DNA of 63,606 bases, the filler included, from Candidatus Aminicenantales bacterium (GTDB taxonomy: Bacteria; Acidobacteriota; Aminicenantia; Aminicenantales; Saccharicenantaceae): the NCBI GenBank assembly GCA_049512315.1. It is 3 parts of 3 records of this genome, joined end to end, with 100 filler letters (N's around TTAATTAATTAA, not from the genome) between each part and the next. Parts side by side here need not be neighbours in the genome. Positions count along the whole stretch, not along the records: positions 47,045 to 63,606 come from JBEKXF010000046.1; 2 more parts are not named here. One strand, written 5' to 3'. How positions within the stretch are numbered: position 1 is the first letter of the stretch; each line of letters starts with the position of its first letter. The notes beneath the pieces are model-generated. The model was not told where the DNA came from and searched no databases. It worked only from the letters and a program-made list of their open reading frames with translations. The translations under genes and the position numbers were made by a program. Below, piece after piece: positions 47,045 to 57,686 of the stretch.

Positions 47045-48140
47045 GAAATATACAATGCGGGACGAAATAAAATAAGATTAACACCAGGAATGAAAATCTG
47101 TCACATTGTTTTTCAGGAATGCAAGGGCACAGCAAAATACACTGGGGCTTGGAAAGACCAAGAGCTGTAGGGCCCGGGGGGTACTTAGCAATTCTATGTC
47201 CCTGCAAAATATTTGACCTCATCCCTAAAAAATGGAAAAACCAGGGGGCAAGTCTAGAAGTTTGAAAATCTCAATTTAGAGCAAGCGCATTGAGTGGGAG
47301 CGGGTGACAAAGAGGCATAACTCTGAAATGCAACGATAGCTTTTTATTTCTTGAACTCTTGGACGAATCGTCATAACATAACTCCGAGGGGGATAAAACA
47401 TCTTCCTATCATCTAAGACGCGGGGGTCCAAGATATGGGCAAAAAAGGCATGGACTTTTTTAAGTCTTATGGTTTTCATATCGATCGTCGCTTACTCGGG
47501 CTCTATCAATAACTCAGGATCGTGGGCAGAGAATAAGTTCCAAGTTCGAGTAGCCAATTTCGGGTTTCACAGGGGCATTTGTTGTCTCGGCAATATCTCG
47601 CGGCGTTTCTCCCTTATGTTTGAGGGCGTGGGACAATATGCAAACAACAGCTTGAGCAAGTGGATTCGTCAGCATCCCAGCGATATTTTCTGGTCCACTT
47701 TTGAAGAAGACGCCAAACTCTATTGCTATGATATTTTATATTCGAGAGGCTATTTGCCGCCTCCAGAAGGCCTGGAAAATAGCCCGCTCGGACGCATCAT
47801 CAGATATGGGAAGGGACAAGTCTCGGGGTCCAGGAGCATCATCTGTCTGGTCGGGTTGATTGTTAGATTTTAGCTTCTTTCTCATATTTAAAATGTCTGC
47901 CAGATACCGACAATGGAGCCTCACCCCAAAACTGGTCCGGCCAAGAGTAGGGTTTTCTGGGTCTGGGGACCTCGTCCCATAAAAATGGTCCAATCATAAT
48001 GTGAGTTTCTTAGCCCATGAACCTCCAACGAAAATCTCAGGAATTCCCAGATCCAACACGACAAAAAGTCGACACCCCTTCAAAAATCCACAGACCGGTC
48101 CAGGCGCATTTATGACGAGCCAACAGGGGAAAAACGCGAG

Positions 48141-48213
<73 letters not shown>

Positions 48214-48283
48214 TTTAAGGGACCGGTCAAAGTATATAGAAATTAAACGATTTGGCCCGGGCTGTCAAGGCGGGCCGCGCCTC

Positions 48284-48320
48284 AAAAAAAGGCCCGAGCC
48301 CCCGACCGAGGACCCGGGCC
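48284..48320 (-). terminator. Intrinsic terminator downstream of tonB
   Basis: GGCCCGGG...CTCGGGCC stem followed by T7. Confidence 0.7.
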
Positions 48321-48360
48321 CCATTTCGATGAAAGCGCAGAAACCTATTCTTACTTCTTC

Positions 48361-49090
48361 TTATTTCAGTTCAAAGCGGAGAGTTACGGTGAATACGACG
48401 TCGCGCGGCCGTCCGTTGATGACCATCGGTTCGTAGATCCACTGACGCACGGCTTCGACAGCGGACTCGTCGAGCAGAGGGATGGACCGCAGGACCTTAA
48501 CCCCCACGACGTGCCCGTAGATGTCCGTAGTCGCTTCAAGGATGACAGTCCCTTGGACATGCGCCATGCGGGCGATTTCGGGGTAGACCGGATCCAGACG
48601 CTTGACGAGCCGCGGCATCCGCACCTCTCCGGCCGCCCGGACGGGAGCCGCTTCATCGCCGACGATCCGGAGGAGAGCATCGCTCAGCAGGTTCTTGGGA
48701 TACCCGCCCGCCGCGCCGTAATCGACGCCGCCCTCGACGCCATCCTCCGCTCCCCCCCAATCGAACGGCTCTTCGGTGATCGTGTTCGGAATGGTCACGG
48801 GCGCCACAAGAAACGCCGCGGCTCCGGTCCCGACCGCAGGGACCGGCTTAATCCGCGTTCTGGACGCCGCGGGACGACCCTTCGCCCGGGGGAGGCGGGG
48901 GCGGCGGGGCCGGAGGCGCGGGCGCTAGGAAAACGCCCATTAACTCAATTCGAGGAAGGTCTCCGCTCCGGACAAGCGGGATGGCCACGAGGAGAAGGGC
49001 GAGGAGCCCGTGCGCCAGGACCGAGAGCGGCAAGAACGCTACCCTCACCCTTGCCTTCTTTTCCGGTACGTACAGAGCGTCTTTGAACAT
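48361..49090 (-). pseudogene. tonB: Energy transducer TonB, frameshifted in the Pro-rich linker (or sequencing error)
   Basis: N-terminal TM SVLAH + poly-Pro in one frame; TonB_C (PVYPEIAR...GTVIL...AVRQW) in another; shift near the C run at 48888-48892. Confidence 0.8.
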
Positions 49091-49260
49091 GCTAGCCTCC
49101 TTTCGCCTGGGTTCCCGAAGCTTTCGCTTCCACCCTTCATACAACCCGCCCCGCCGAATATTCCCTCTAGGCAAATGGGGGCGAATCGAATACAATAGCA
49201 CTCTGTTTCAGCCGCACGGTTGAAGCCGCTATTCCGCATGCGCCGCGAGTACCAAGAACA

Positions 49261-52200
49261 ATGAGCATGATCATCAAGAAGCTCGAGCTGCAGGGATTCA
49301 AGTCTTTCGCCGAAAGGACCAAGATCGTTTTCCACCCAGGTATCACGGCCATCGTCGGCCCCAACGGCACCGGCAAGAGCAATCTCGTTGACGCGATGCT
49401 CTGGGTTTTGGGCGGCCACCGCCAGAAGACGGTCCGCTGCGACCGGACAGAGGACGTCATCTTCAACGGCAACGCCAAAAAGCCGCCGCTCAGCATGGCC
49501 GACGCCATCCTGACCCTGGGGAGCGAAGAAGAGGAGCTCGCCGTCTCCCACCGCGTCTTCCGGTCCGGCGAGAGCGAATACCGGATGAACGGCAAGACCG
49601 TCCGTCTCAAGGACATCACGGACGAGCTCTGGAAGCACGCCATCGGCGAGAAGGAATACTTCGTCATCGAACAGGGATCCATCGGCAACTTCGTCACCTC
49701 CAAGCCGACCGAGAAGCGGGCCCTCATCGAAGAGGCGGCCGGGACGGCCTACTACAAGGACAAAAAGAAGCAAGCTCAAAGCAAGCTCGAATCGACCGGG
49801 CAGAACCTCGTCCGGCTGGAGGACATCATCCTGGAGGTCGAAAAAGCCAAGAATTCCCTCCAGCGCCAGGCCCAGGCCGCCAACCGCTACCGACGGCTCC
49901 GCGAGCGCATCCGGGAGCTCACGTCCCATCACTATCAGAGGAAATTCGCCCAGTTGGAGCGGACCCAGAAGGAGGCCGCTGGCCTCTACTCCGACTCCCT
50001 TTCCAGGGAACAGGCCATCACGGCCCGGATCCGGAGCGAAGAGAAAGGCATCGCCGGGAAGCGCCAGGAGCTCTGGGAGCTCGAAAAGTCGCTCAAAGAG
50101 AACCAAGAGAGTGTCTACGGATTGAAGTCCCATATCGCCCGGGCCGAGGGCGATATCGAGCGCGAATCCAAGCGGGTCGAATTCTTCGAGGAAAAAAAGA
50201 AACGGTCGGAATCCGACCGGAACGAGCTCCTGGAAGACGTCCTGCTCCTTGCTCAGGAGCTCGAAGAAACGCGGGGCCGGCTGGATTCTCTCGCGGGGGA
50301 GCTCGGGACGAGCCGGGTCGAGGCCGACCGGTCGGCGGAGCTCCTCGAACAGGCGCGCGGCGAAAAGTCCCTGGCGGAAAAGGAGATCGAAGCCCTCCGC
50401 GAAGCTTATCTCCGGGCCCTCGAGGACACGACCGAAACGAAAAACGAGAGCGTCAGGACCGAAAAAGAGCTCGAGCTCCTGGCCCGCCAGGAGGAGAAGC
50501 TGGCCGCCCAGCTCGACGAGCACGCCCGCGAGCTCGATGAAAACGTCTCCCGGACGGTCGATCTCGAAAAAGAGATCTCCGGCCACCTCGCCCTCAAGGA
50601 CTCCGCGGCGCAGAAGAAGGAAAACCTCAGGGCGGCCTTGGACGCGGCCCGGACATCGCTCGCCGGGACCCAGACCGAGCTCGACGCCTGGAAGACCAGG
50701 CGTGACGAAACCGTCTACCACCTCCAGGCGCTCAGGAAGATCGAGAAGAAGGAGCGCGGCGAGGTCAGGACGGATGAGATCCCCGGGGCCCTGGGCATCC
50801 TGGCCGACCTCATCCGGACGAGCCCCGAGGACGCGCCGCTTTTTGATGTCTTCTGGAGAGAGGAAGCCGGGTCGAGGGTCGTCCCGGCCGAAGAATTCCT
50901 GAAGGGTGCTCCCGAAGGGCTCAGAGGGACGTACCTTCTCATTCCGGTCAAAGACAAGCCCGCCGTCAGCGGTGACGTTTTGGGCCGGCCGGAAGTCATC
51001 GGTCTTCTCAAAAGCCGGCTCGAGCCGCATGACCGGATCAGGGAGAGCCTGGCCCGGCTTGAGGACGCCGTCATCGTCCGGGCGATCGGTGACGCCGTCC
51101 GGATCTGGCTCGACCACCCGGAGCTCAATTTCCTGACTCCCTCGGGTGACCTCCTCCTCTCCTCCGGGCTCCTCAAGCTCGGGGATAGGTCCGGAGGGAT
51201 GATCGCCCTGGCTGCGGAGATCAGGAAGCTTGAGGAAGACGTCGCCCGGGCCGAAGCCGGGATGGCCCCCCTCCTATCCAGGCTCGAGGCGATGACCGGA
51301 GAAAAGGCCGGGATCGAGCGGGACCTCGAGAACGAAAGGGAGCTCCACGGCCTCGCCGAAAGGGCCCTCGAGGACAGGCAGAAAGAGCACAAGTTCAGCC
51401 GGACCGAAGGCGAAAGGATCCGGGCGTCCCGGGACGTCCTGGGCAGGGAGCTCGAGCTGCTGCGCGCCGAAAAAGAGAAGCTCGGACGGACTTTCGGCGA
51501 GCTCGGCGATAAGGTCCTCGCCCGGGAGGCGGAAGCCCGCGCCCTCAAGGAGAGGATCGATGAAAAAGAGCGTGCCCTGGCCGGGAGCCTGGAAAAGGTC
51601 TCGGCGACCGAGCGACGCTACTTCGAGACCAAGGCCGGCCTCGACCTTCTCCAGGAAAAGATGAGCGGCCTGGCGGGCCAGATCCAGGGTACCGACAAGC
51701 GCAAGGAGGCGGCCGGGGCCAAGATCAGCCTCCTCGAAGAGGATGCCCGACGCAGCGACGACGATAAGGTCCGGCTCAAAGACGATATTCAGGCGCTCCG
51801 CGAGAAGGCCAAGGCGCTCGCCGCAGAACAGTCCGCGGCCGAAAGCGCCCTGTCGGGGGCCGAGGCCGGGCTCCAGAACGTCCGGAGGGAGCTCGAAGAG
51901 CTGGAGGCCGCGGTCCGGAAAACCCGGGAGGATGAGGAGTCGGCCAAGGACGAGCGCGTCAAGCACGAGATCCGCAAGGCCGAGGTCGAGCGAGACCTGG
52001 TCAACCTCGACGAGATGTGCTGGCAGGAGCTCAAGAAGACCCTGGCCGAACTCAGGGCGGACGCCGAGGCCGGAAAGCAGATCCCGGCCGCTCTCGTCGC
52101 GACGGACGAGGCGGAGATCGAAGAGCTCGACGAGGCCGGAGACGAGGAGGCCGAGGAAGTCCCGGCCGAGGCCGCGGAGAAGGCCGAGACGTCCGGGGCC

Positions 52201-52944
52201 CAACCGGAAGCTGCGAGGCCCCGCCGGACCGCGAGAAAATGGCAGCCGGTCGCCGGGATGGCCGACGACGAGGTCGAGAAAGAGCTCGAGGAAGCGAGGG
52301 AGAGCCTCAACCGCTACAAGGCCGTCAACCTGATGGCCGAGGAGGAATACCTCGAGCAGAAGAAGCGCTACGAATTCCTCGTCCAGCAGCGCCAGGACCT
52401 CCGGGACTCGATCCGGGCCACGGAAGAGGCCATCCTCAAGATCGACGAGGAGAGCAAGGTCCAGTTCCTCAAGGCCCTCGAAGAGGTCAACAAGAACTTC
52501 CAGGAGATCTTCACGGCCCTGTTCAAGGGCGGGAACGCCGAGGTCAAGCTCCTCGAACCGGAGAACCCGCTCGAGAGCGGGGTCGAGATCGTGGCCCAAC
52601 CGCCGGGAAAAAGGGTCCAGAACCTGAGCCTCCTCTCGGGCGGCGAGAAGTCTCTGACCAGCCTGGCCTTCCTCTTTGCCCTTTTCCGCTACCGGCCGTC
52701 CCCGTTCTGCTTCCTGGACGAGGTGGACGCGGCCCTGGACGACGTCAATCTGAGCCGCTTCCTCGACCTCCTGAAGAAGATCAAGCACCAGACGCAGTTC
52801 GTCCTCATCACCCACAACTACAAGACGATGGAAGTGGCCGACTACATCTACGGCACGACGATGTCGGAGCCCAACATGACCAAGCTGCTGTCCGTGAAGC
52901 TCGAAAAGAAGGGCGGCGGCGAGGCAGCGAATAATCGGCCGTAA
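49261..52944 (+). CDS. smc: Chromosome partition protein SMC
   Basis: GFKSF, GPNGTGKSN, long coiled coils, LSGGEKS, LDEVDAALD. Confidence 0.95.
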   Translation: MSMIIKKLELQGFKSFAERTKIVFHPGITAIVGPNGTGKSNLVDAMLWVLGGHRQKTVRCDRTEDVIFNGNAKKPPLSMADAILTLGSEEEELAVSHRVFRSGESEYRMNGKTVRLKDITDELWKHAIGEKEYFVIEQGSIGNFVTSKPTEKRALIEEAAGTAYYKDKKKQAQSKLESTGQNLVRLEDIILEVEKAKNSLQRQAQAANRYRRLRERIRELTSHHYQRKFAQLERTQKEAAGLYSDSLSREQAITARIRSEEKGIAGKRQELWELEKSLKENQESVYGLKSHIARAEGDIERESKRVEFFEEKKKRSESDRNELLEDVLLLAQELEETRGRLDSLAGELGTSRVEADRSAELLEQARGEKSLAEKEIEALREAYLRALEDTTETKNESVRTEKELELLARQEEKLAAQLDEHARELDENVSRTVDLEKEISGHLALKDSAAQKKENLRAALDAARTSLAGTQTELDAWKTRRDETVYHLQALRKIEKKERGEVRTDEIPGALGILADLIRTSPEDAPLFDVFWREEAGSRVVPAEEFLKGAPEGLRGTYLLIPVKDKPAVSGDVLGRPEVIGLLKSRLEPHDRIRESLARLEDAVIVRAIGDAVRIWLDHPELNFLTPSGDLLLSSGLLKLGDRSGGMIALAAEIRKLEEDVARAEAGMAPLLSRLEAMTGEKAGIERDLENERELHGLAERALEDRQKEHKFSRTEGERIRASRDVLGRELELLRAEKEKLGRTFGELGDKVLAREAEARALKERIDEKERALAGSLEKVSATERRYFETKAGLDLLQEKMSGLAGQIQGTDKRKEAAGAKISLLEEDARRSDDDKVRLKDDIQALREKAKALAAEQSAAESALSGAEAGLQNVRRELEELEAAVRKTREDEESAKDERVKHEIRKAEVERDLVNLDEMCWQELKKTLAELRADAEAGKQIPAALVATDEAEIEELDEAGDEEAEEVPAEAAEKAETSGAQPEAARPRRTARKWQPVAGMADDEVEKELEEARESLNRYKAVNLMAEEEYLEQKKRYEFLVQQRQDLRDSIRATEEAILKIDEESKVQFLKALEEVNKNFQEIFTALFKGGNAEVKLLEPENPLESGVEIVAQPPGKRVQNLSLLSGGEKSLTSLAFLFALFRYRPSPFCFLDEVDAALDDVNLSRFLDLLKKIKHQTQFVLITHNYKTMEVADYIYGTTMSEPNMTKLLSVKLEKKGGGEAANNRP

Positions 52945-52999
52945 AGCGAGCGCCACCGGATGAGCGGCAGACGCCGCCCGCCCGAAGCGCCGAAGCTGA

Positions 53000-54481
53000 A
53001 TGGAGGGTGTGATGTCGTTCTACCTCTGGATCATCCTGGCCTATCTCCTGGCCCTCACGGCCTTGAACTTCATCCGTTCCCGGCGCATCAAGAGCCAGGA
53101 GCAGTTCATGGTCGCCGGAAGGAGCCTCAAGTGGCAGGTCATGGTCTTTACCCTGATCTGCACCTGGATCGGCTCCGGCACGTTCATCAGCGGCGCCGAA
53201 TTCGCCTCGAAGGCCGGGTTCTCGGCCCTTTGGCTGGCCGCCGGCGCCTGGGTGGGGATCATCCTCATCTACTTCCTGGCCGCCAAGATCCATACCTTCG
53301 GGCAATACACGGTCGGCGACGTCCTCGAGGTCCGCTACGGGCCGGCCGCCCGCCTTTTCGGGGCCATCGCCCTGATCCTGTCCTTCGTGTCCATCGTCTC
53401 CTACCAGTTCGTGGCGGGCGGGTTCATCCTGAACGTCATCACGGACGGCAGGATCTCCGAGTCGACGGGGACGCTCATCGCCGCCGCCTTCGTCATCCTC
53501 TTCACGACCCTGGGCGGCATGGTCGCCATCGCCTACACGGACCTACCGAACGGCATAATCATCGTCCTGGCCTGCCTCCTGGCCGTGCCGTTCGTCGTCA
53601 CGGCCGCGGGTGGCCTGCCGTCGGCCCAGGCGGCTCTTCCCCACGGCTACTTTACCGTCGTCAACAGTCAGTTCGGCGCCCACCCCTGGCTCAAGGCCAT
53701 CGGCTATTTCCTCTCGACGATGTTCCTCCTCCTGGGCGTCCAGAGCATGTACCAGAAGTTTTATAGCGCCAAGTCCGCCAAGGACGCCAAGAAGGCCGTC
53801 GCCTGGTGGACCGTCGGGACGATCGTCGTCGAGACGATCGTCGTCGTCATCGCCGTCTTCGCTTTCAGCAAGCTCAAGGGCCAGATCGACCTGAGCGTGC
53901 CCAAGGCGGGAGGCAAGGTCGTCCTGATGGCGGCCCGCCAGCTCGTCCCCGCCCCGGTGGGCGTCCTCCTTCTCGGCGCGGCCTGTGCGGTCGTCATCTC
54001 GACGGGGATGAACTACCTCCTCTCCCCCTCCACGACCCTCATGCGGGACATCTACCAACGATTCCTGAAGAAGAACGCCGACCCAAAGAAGATGGTCGCT
54101 CTGCAGAAGGTCCTGGTCGTCGTCATCGGCGTCCTGGCTTTCCTGCTCGCGACCCAGCTCAAGAGCGTCCTCGAGATGAGCTTCTTCGCCTACACGATCT
54201 ACGGCGTCGCCATCACCCCGGCGCTCATCGCGGCCCTGGCCTGGAAGCGGGCCACGAAGGCGGGCGGGCTGGCCTCGATCATCACCGGGACCGTCGTCTG
54301 CCTCGGCTTCTTCATCCTGTCCAAGATCCTGCCGGCCGCCCAGGTGCCCGACGGTGATCCGTGGGGGATCCCGCTGATCTATCCGGCGTTGATCGCCTCG
54401 CTCGGCGCCCTCGTCATCGTCAGCCTCCTGACCCCGAAGCCCAAGCCTGAGGAGTTGGAAACGTTTTTCCCGAAAAAATGA
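53000..54481 (+). CDS. Sodium:solute symporter family protein
   Basis: FMVAGRSL, TWIGSG, GGMVAIAYTD, YQKFYSAK. Confidence 0.92.
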   Translation: MEGVMSFYLWIILAYLLALTALNFIRSRRIKSQEQFMVAGRSLKWQVMVFTLICTWIGSGTFISGAEFASKAGFSALWLAAGAWVGIILIYFLAAKIHTFGQYTVGDVLEVRYGPAARLFGAIALILSFVSIVSYQFVAGGFILNVITDGRISESTGTLIAAAFVILFTTLGGMVAIAYTDLPNGIIIVLACLLAVPFVVTAAGGLPSAQAALPHGYFTVVNSQFGAHPWLKAIGYFLSTMFLLLGVQSMYQKFYSAKSAKDAKKAVAWWTVGTIVVETIVVVIAVFAFSKLKGQIDLSVPKAGGKVVLMAARQLVPAPVGVLLLGAACAVVISTGMNYLLSPSTTLMRDIYQRFLKKNADPKKMVALQKVLVVVIGVLAFLLATQLKSVLEMSFFAYTIYGVAITPALIAALAWKRATKAGGLASIITGTVVCLGFFILSKILPAAQVPDGDPWGIPLIYPALIASLGALVIVSLLTPKPKPEELETFFPKK

Positions 54482-55503
54482 AGCCCGGCGTCGTTTTTGA
54501 CCACTGTTTCGCCGATCACGCCATGGGGCCCGGCCATGTCGAAAGCCCCGAGCGCGTCCGGGTCCTGAACCGGATGCTCGAGGAGGAGGCCCCGGGCCGA
54601 TACCTCAGGATCGAGCCCCGCCCGGCGACCGATGCCGAGCTGGGCTGGGTCCACGAGCGGGCATACATCGATTTTCTGCGGTCGACGGCGGGCCGGGACG
54701 AGGTCTTCCTCGACGCGGACACTTCGGCGGGGCCGAGAACTTTTGAAACGGCCCTCCTCGCGGCCGGGGGGTTCCTCCGGGCGATTGACGCCGTCATGGA
54801 GGGCCGGGTGGGGAGCGCCTTCGCCTTGGTCCGGCCGCCCGGCCACCACGCCGAGGCGTCGCGGGCGATGGGCTTCTGTTTTTTCAACAACGTCGCCGTC
54901 GGAGCGGAATATCTCATCCGCCGGCATGGCCTTCGGCGCATCCTCATCGTCGACTGGGACCTCCATCACGGCAACGGCACGCAGCACGCGTTCTATTCGC
55001 GCCGCGACGTCCTTTATTTCTCGACCCACCAGGTCCCCCTCTTTCCGGGGACCGGCGCCGTTCGCGAAACCGGCGACGGGCCGGGCATAGGCTACAACTT
55101 GAACGTGCCCCTGACGGCCGGCAAAGGGGATGCCGATTTCCTCCGTGTTTTCCGGAAGATCCTCGGGCCCGTCTCGGCCCAATTCAGGCCGGAGTTCATC
55201 CTGGTGAGCGCTGGATTTGACATCTGCGCCGGCGACCCGCTGGGCGGAATGGCCGTCAGCCGGGAGGGGTTCGGCCTGCTCACGGATGCCCTCTCGGGCC
55301 TGGCCGCCGAGTCCTCCGCAGGGAGGATCGCGTTCGTCCTCGAAGGCGGCTACGACCTCCCGGCTCTCCGGAACGGGGTCCGGGAGGTCCTGGACAGGCT
55401 CTCCCGGCCGGCCGCCCTCCTCCCCGACCCGGCCGTATCCGAGGAAACCCGGCGGGAGCTCGAACCGTGCTTCCAGGTCTTCCGCAGCTACTGGGATCTC
55501 TGA
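54478..55503 (+). CDS. Histone deacetylase / acetylpolyamine amidohydrolase family
   Basis: RPPGHHA, GFCFFNN, DWDLHHGNGTQ, SAGFD, LEGGY. Confidence 0.94.
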   Translation: MKPGVVFDHCFADHAMGPGHVESPERVRVLNRMLEEEAPGRYLRIEPRPATDAELGWVHERAYIDFLRSTAGRDEVFLDADTSAGPRTFETALLAAGGFLRAIDAVMEGRVGSAFALVRPPGHHAEASRAMGFCFFNNVAVGAEYLIRRHGLRRILIVDWDLHHGNGTQHAFYSRRDVLYFSTHQVPLFPGTGAVRETGDGPGIGYNLNVPLTAGKGDADFLRVFRKILGPVSAQFRPEFILVSAGFDICAGDPLGGMAVSREGFGLLTDALSGLAAESSAGRIAFVLEGGYDLPALRNGVREVLDRLSRPAALLPDPAVSEETRRELEPCFQVFRSYWDL

Positions 55504-55644
55504 CAGTCGCGTCTTCTCGCGCATCTATGGCGTCCCACTCCGGGGTGGCTTCTAATAGTCCGACGGATTGTCCTCTCGGGAGAAAAACGTCCTTTTTATA
55601 GGACAAGAATAGGAAAAGAACAGTCTTTTTCTCGGGGGAAACGT

Positions 55645-55660
55645 TGGCACAGTTCTTGCT
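55645..55660 (+). promoter_or_regulatory. Sigma54 (-24/-12) promoter
   Basis: TGGCAC-AGTTC-TTGCT, ~30 nt before ATG 55691. Confidence 0.8.
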
Positions 55661-55690
55661 TATATTTAAAAGTTGTAAAGGAGAGCAATC

Positions 55691-57616
55691 ATGAGAAGAG
55701 CATTGGTTCTTATCGCCGCTCTTACCCTTATCATCTCGGCGGGCTGGTCCCAGGAGCCTCAGCAGGCCCCTGATCAGGCCCAACAGGCCCAAAAGGCCCA
55801 GCCGCCCCAGCAGCCGCAAGAAACAAAATACACGAATGATTCTGTCGCCCGGATGAGCTATGTCGAAGGGAAAACATTCATCCAGCGGGCGTCCGACAAC
55901 GGGTACGAGGAAGGCCTCCTGAACACGCCCGTCAGCGAGGGCGACCGCCTCGGCACGGCCGAGGGTCGGATGGAGGTCCATTTCGGGCGGGGCAATTACG
56001 TCCGGCTCGACAACGACACCAAGCTCGACATCCTGAACCTGCCCAAGAAGGGCGACGACATCGCCCGCATGCGCGTCTGGTCGGGCAGCATCTACCTCGT
56101 CGTAGGGAATCTCGCCAAGGAAAAGGGCATCGAGGTCCACACCGCCGATTCTTCCTTCTACATCCTCGATAAGGGGATCTACCGGGTCAACGTCCGGGAG
56201 AACAGGGACACGGAAATCCTCGTCTTCCGCGGCCTGATCGAGGCGGCGGGAGAAGGCGGCTCGACCCTGGTCAAGGCCGACCAGAGGCTCGAGGTCACGG
56301 AGGGCCGGTTCTCCGGCAAGCCCTCCTCGTTCATGGCCGTCGCCGATGACGAATTCGACCGCTTCAACGAGTCGCGGAATTCCCAGGTCGGGCAGCAGTT
56401 CGCCAAGGGCAAAAGGAATCTGCCGTCCGAGCTCGAGGACTACGAGTCTGAGCTCGACCAAAACGGCGAATGGAGTTACCTCGCCCCCTACGGCAACGTC
56501 TGGGTCCCTTCGGGGATCGACGCGGACTGGCGGCCCTACTGGAACGGGCGTTGGAGCTGGTTGGGCGTGAGCGGCTGGACCTGGCTCCCCTACGATTCCT
56601 GGGGCTGGGCGACCTTCCATTACGGCCGCTGGCACTGGGGCCTGGACCTGGGCTGGTACTGGATCCCGATGAACATGTGGGGCCCGGGCTGGGTCGACTG
56701 GTGGTGGGATGACTTCTATTTCGGCTGGGCTCCCATGAGCTATTGGGGCTACCCGGGGATTCTCCTCGGCAACAACTTCTACGGCGGGTATTACGGCCAG
56801 TATTATCCCCGTGGATCGCGGGCCCTGACCGTCATTCGCCGGGACCAGCTCAAGGCCGGCAACATTTCGCGCGTGGCGTTGCGGGACACGGGCACCCTCC
56901 AGGGCTTGTCGAAGATGAGCCTGTCGAACAGGACCTTGAATTTGCGGCCGACGGGGACCAAGATCTCCGTCCAGCCGCTCAACGGCAACCGGGTCATGCT
57001 CCGGAAGGACGCGGGCTCGGGCGGCCTGGTTCAGGACCGCGGCACCGGCCGCGACTCGATCGGCCGGCCGGCGGGCCAGGGAACGGGCTCGACATCCGTC
57101 AAGCGGGAAGGCAATGCCCAGGGCAAGTCTTCGGGCTCCCCGAGCGTCAAGAAGGGCAGCTCGGAGAAGTCGGCGCCGGCCAAGTCGTCGGGTTCTTCCG
57201 GCAGCTCCAGCTCCGGGGCCCGCAGGATCAGGAAAAAGGACGGCTATCCGTCTTCGTCCATCATGTCCGGCGACTTCCGGAGCTCCTCTCCCGGAGCTTC
57301 CGGCTCGGTGGCGAGGAGCGCGGAGCCGAGGACCATCCGGACTTATCCGTCTTCGCCGACGATCAGCCGGCCGGCCGGCTACGGAGACGGCGGCGTCTGG
57401 AGGTCCAGGTCCTACCTGGGCCGGATCACGGGCGGACCGTCGTACGGAAGGAGTTACGGCTATGGCCCGTCGGTGCGATCGGGAAGCTCATCGTCGGGTA
57501 AGGTCTCATCGGGCCGGGTTTCCTCCGGGAAGACGAGCGTTTCCCGAGGTTCGAGCTCGGGCTGGCGGGGAAGCTCCGGTTCGCATTCGAGCGGAGGCGG
57601 ATCTCGAAAAAGGTAA
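55691..57616 (+). CDS. Secreted FecR-like + Trp/Gly-rich (DUF6600-like) protein with Ser-rich tail
   Basis: Signal peptide; ARMSYVEG...GDRLGT; WRPYWNGRW...WGWATFHYGRW; low-complexity C-terminus. Confidence 0.85.
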   Translation: MRRALVLIAALTLIISAGWSQEPQQAPDQAQQAQKAQPPQQPQETKYTNDSVARMSYVEGKTFIQRASDNGYEEGLLNTPVSEGDRLGTAEGRMEVHFGRGNYVRLDNDTKLDILNLPKKGDDIARMRVWSGSIYLVVGNLAKEKGIEVHTADSSFYILDKGIYRVNVRENRDTEILVFRGLIEAAGEGGSTLVKADQRLEVTEGRFSGKPSSFMAVADDEFDRFNESRNSQVGQQFAKGKRNLPSELEDYESELDQNGEWSYLAPYGNVWVPSGIDADWRPYWNGRWSWLGVSGWTWLPYDSWGWATFHYGRWHWGLDLGWYWIPMNMWGPGWVDWWWDDFYFGWAPMSYWGYPGILLGNNFYGGYYGQYYPRGSRALTVIRRDQLKAGNISRVALRDTGTLQGLSKMSLSNRTLNLRPTGTKISVQPLNGNRVMLRKDAGSGGLVQDRGTGRDSIGRPAGQGTGSTSVKREGNAQGKSSGSPSVKKGSSEKSAPAKSSGSSGSSSSGARRIRKKDGYPSSSIMSGDFRSSSPGASGSVARSAEPRTIRTYPSSPTISRPAGYGDGGVWRSRSYLGRITGGPSYGRSYGYGPSVRSGSSSSGKVSSGRVSSGKTSVSRGSSSGWRGSSGSHSSGGGSRKR

Positions 57617-57686
57617 CTGACCCCTTTCCCATACGGGGGCGTCTCTTTCGGCTGAGCCGGTTCGAAAGGGACGCTCCCTTTTTTTA

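Noticed and set aside
47276..47993. Short ORFs in the AT-rich stretch
   Set aside because: No motifs, weak starts and mutually overlapping frames
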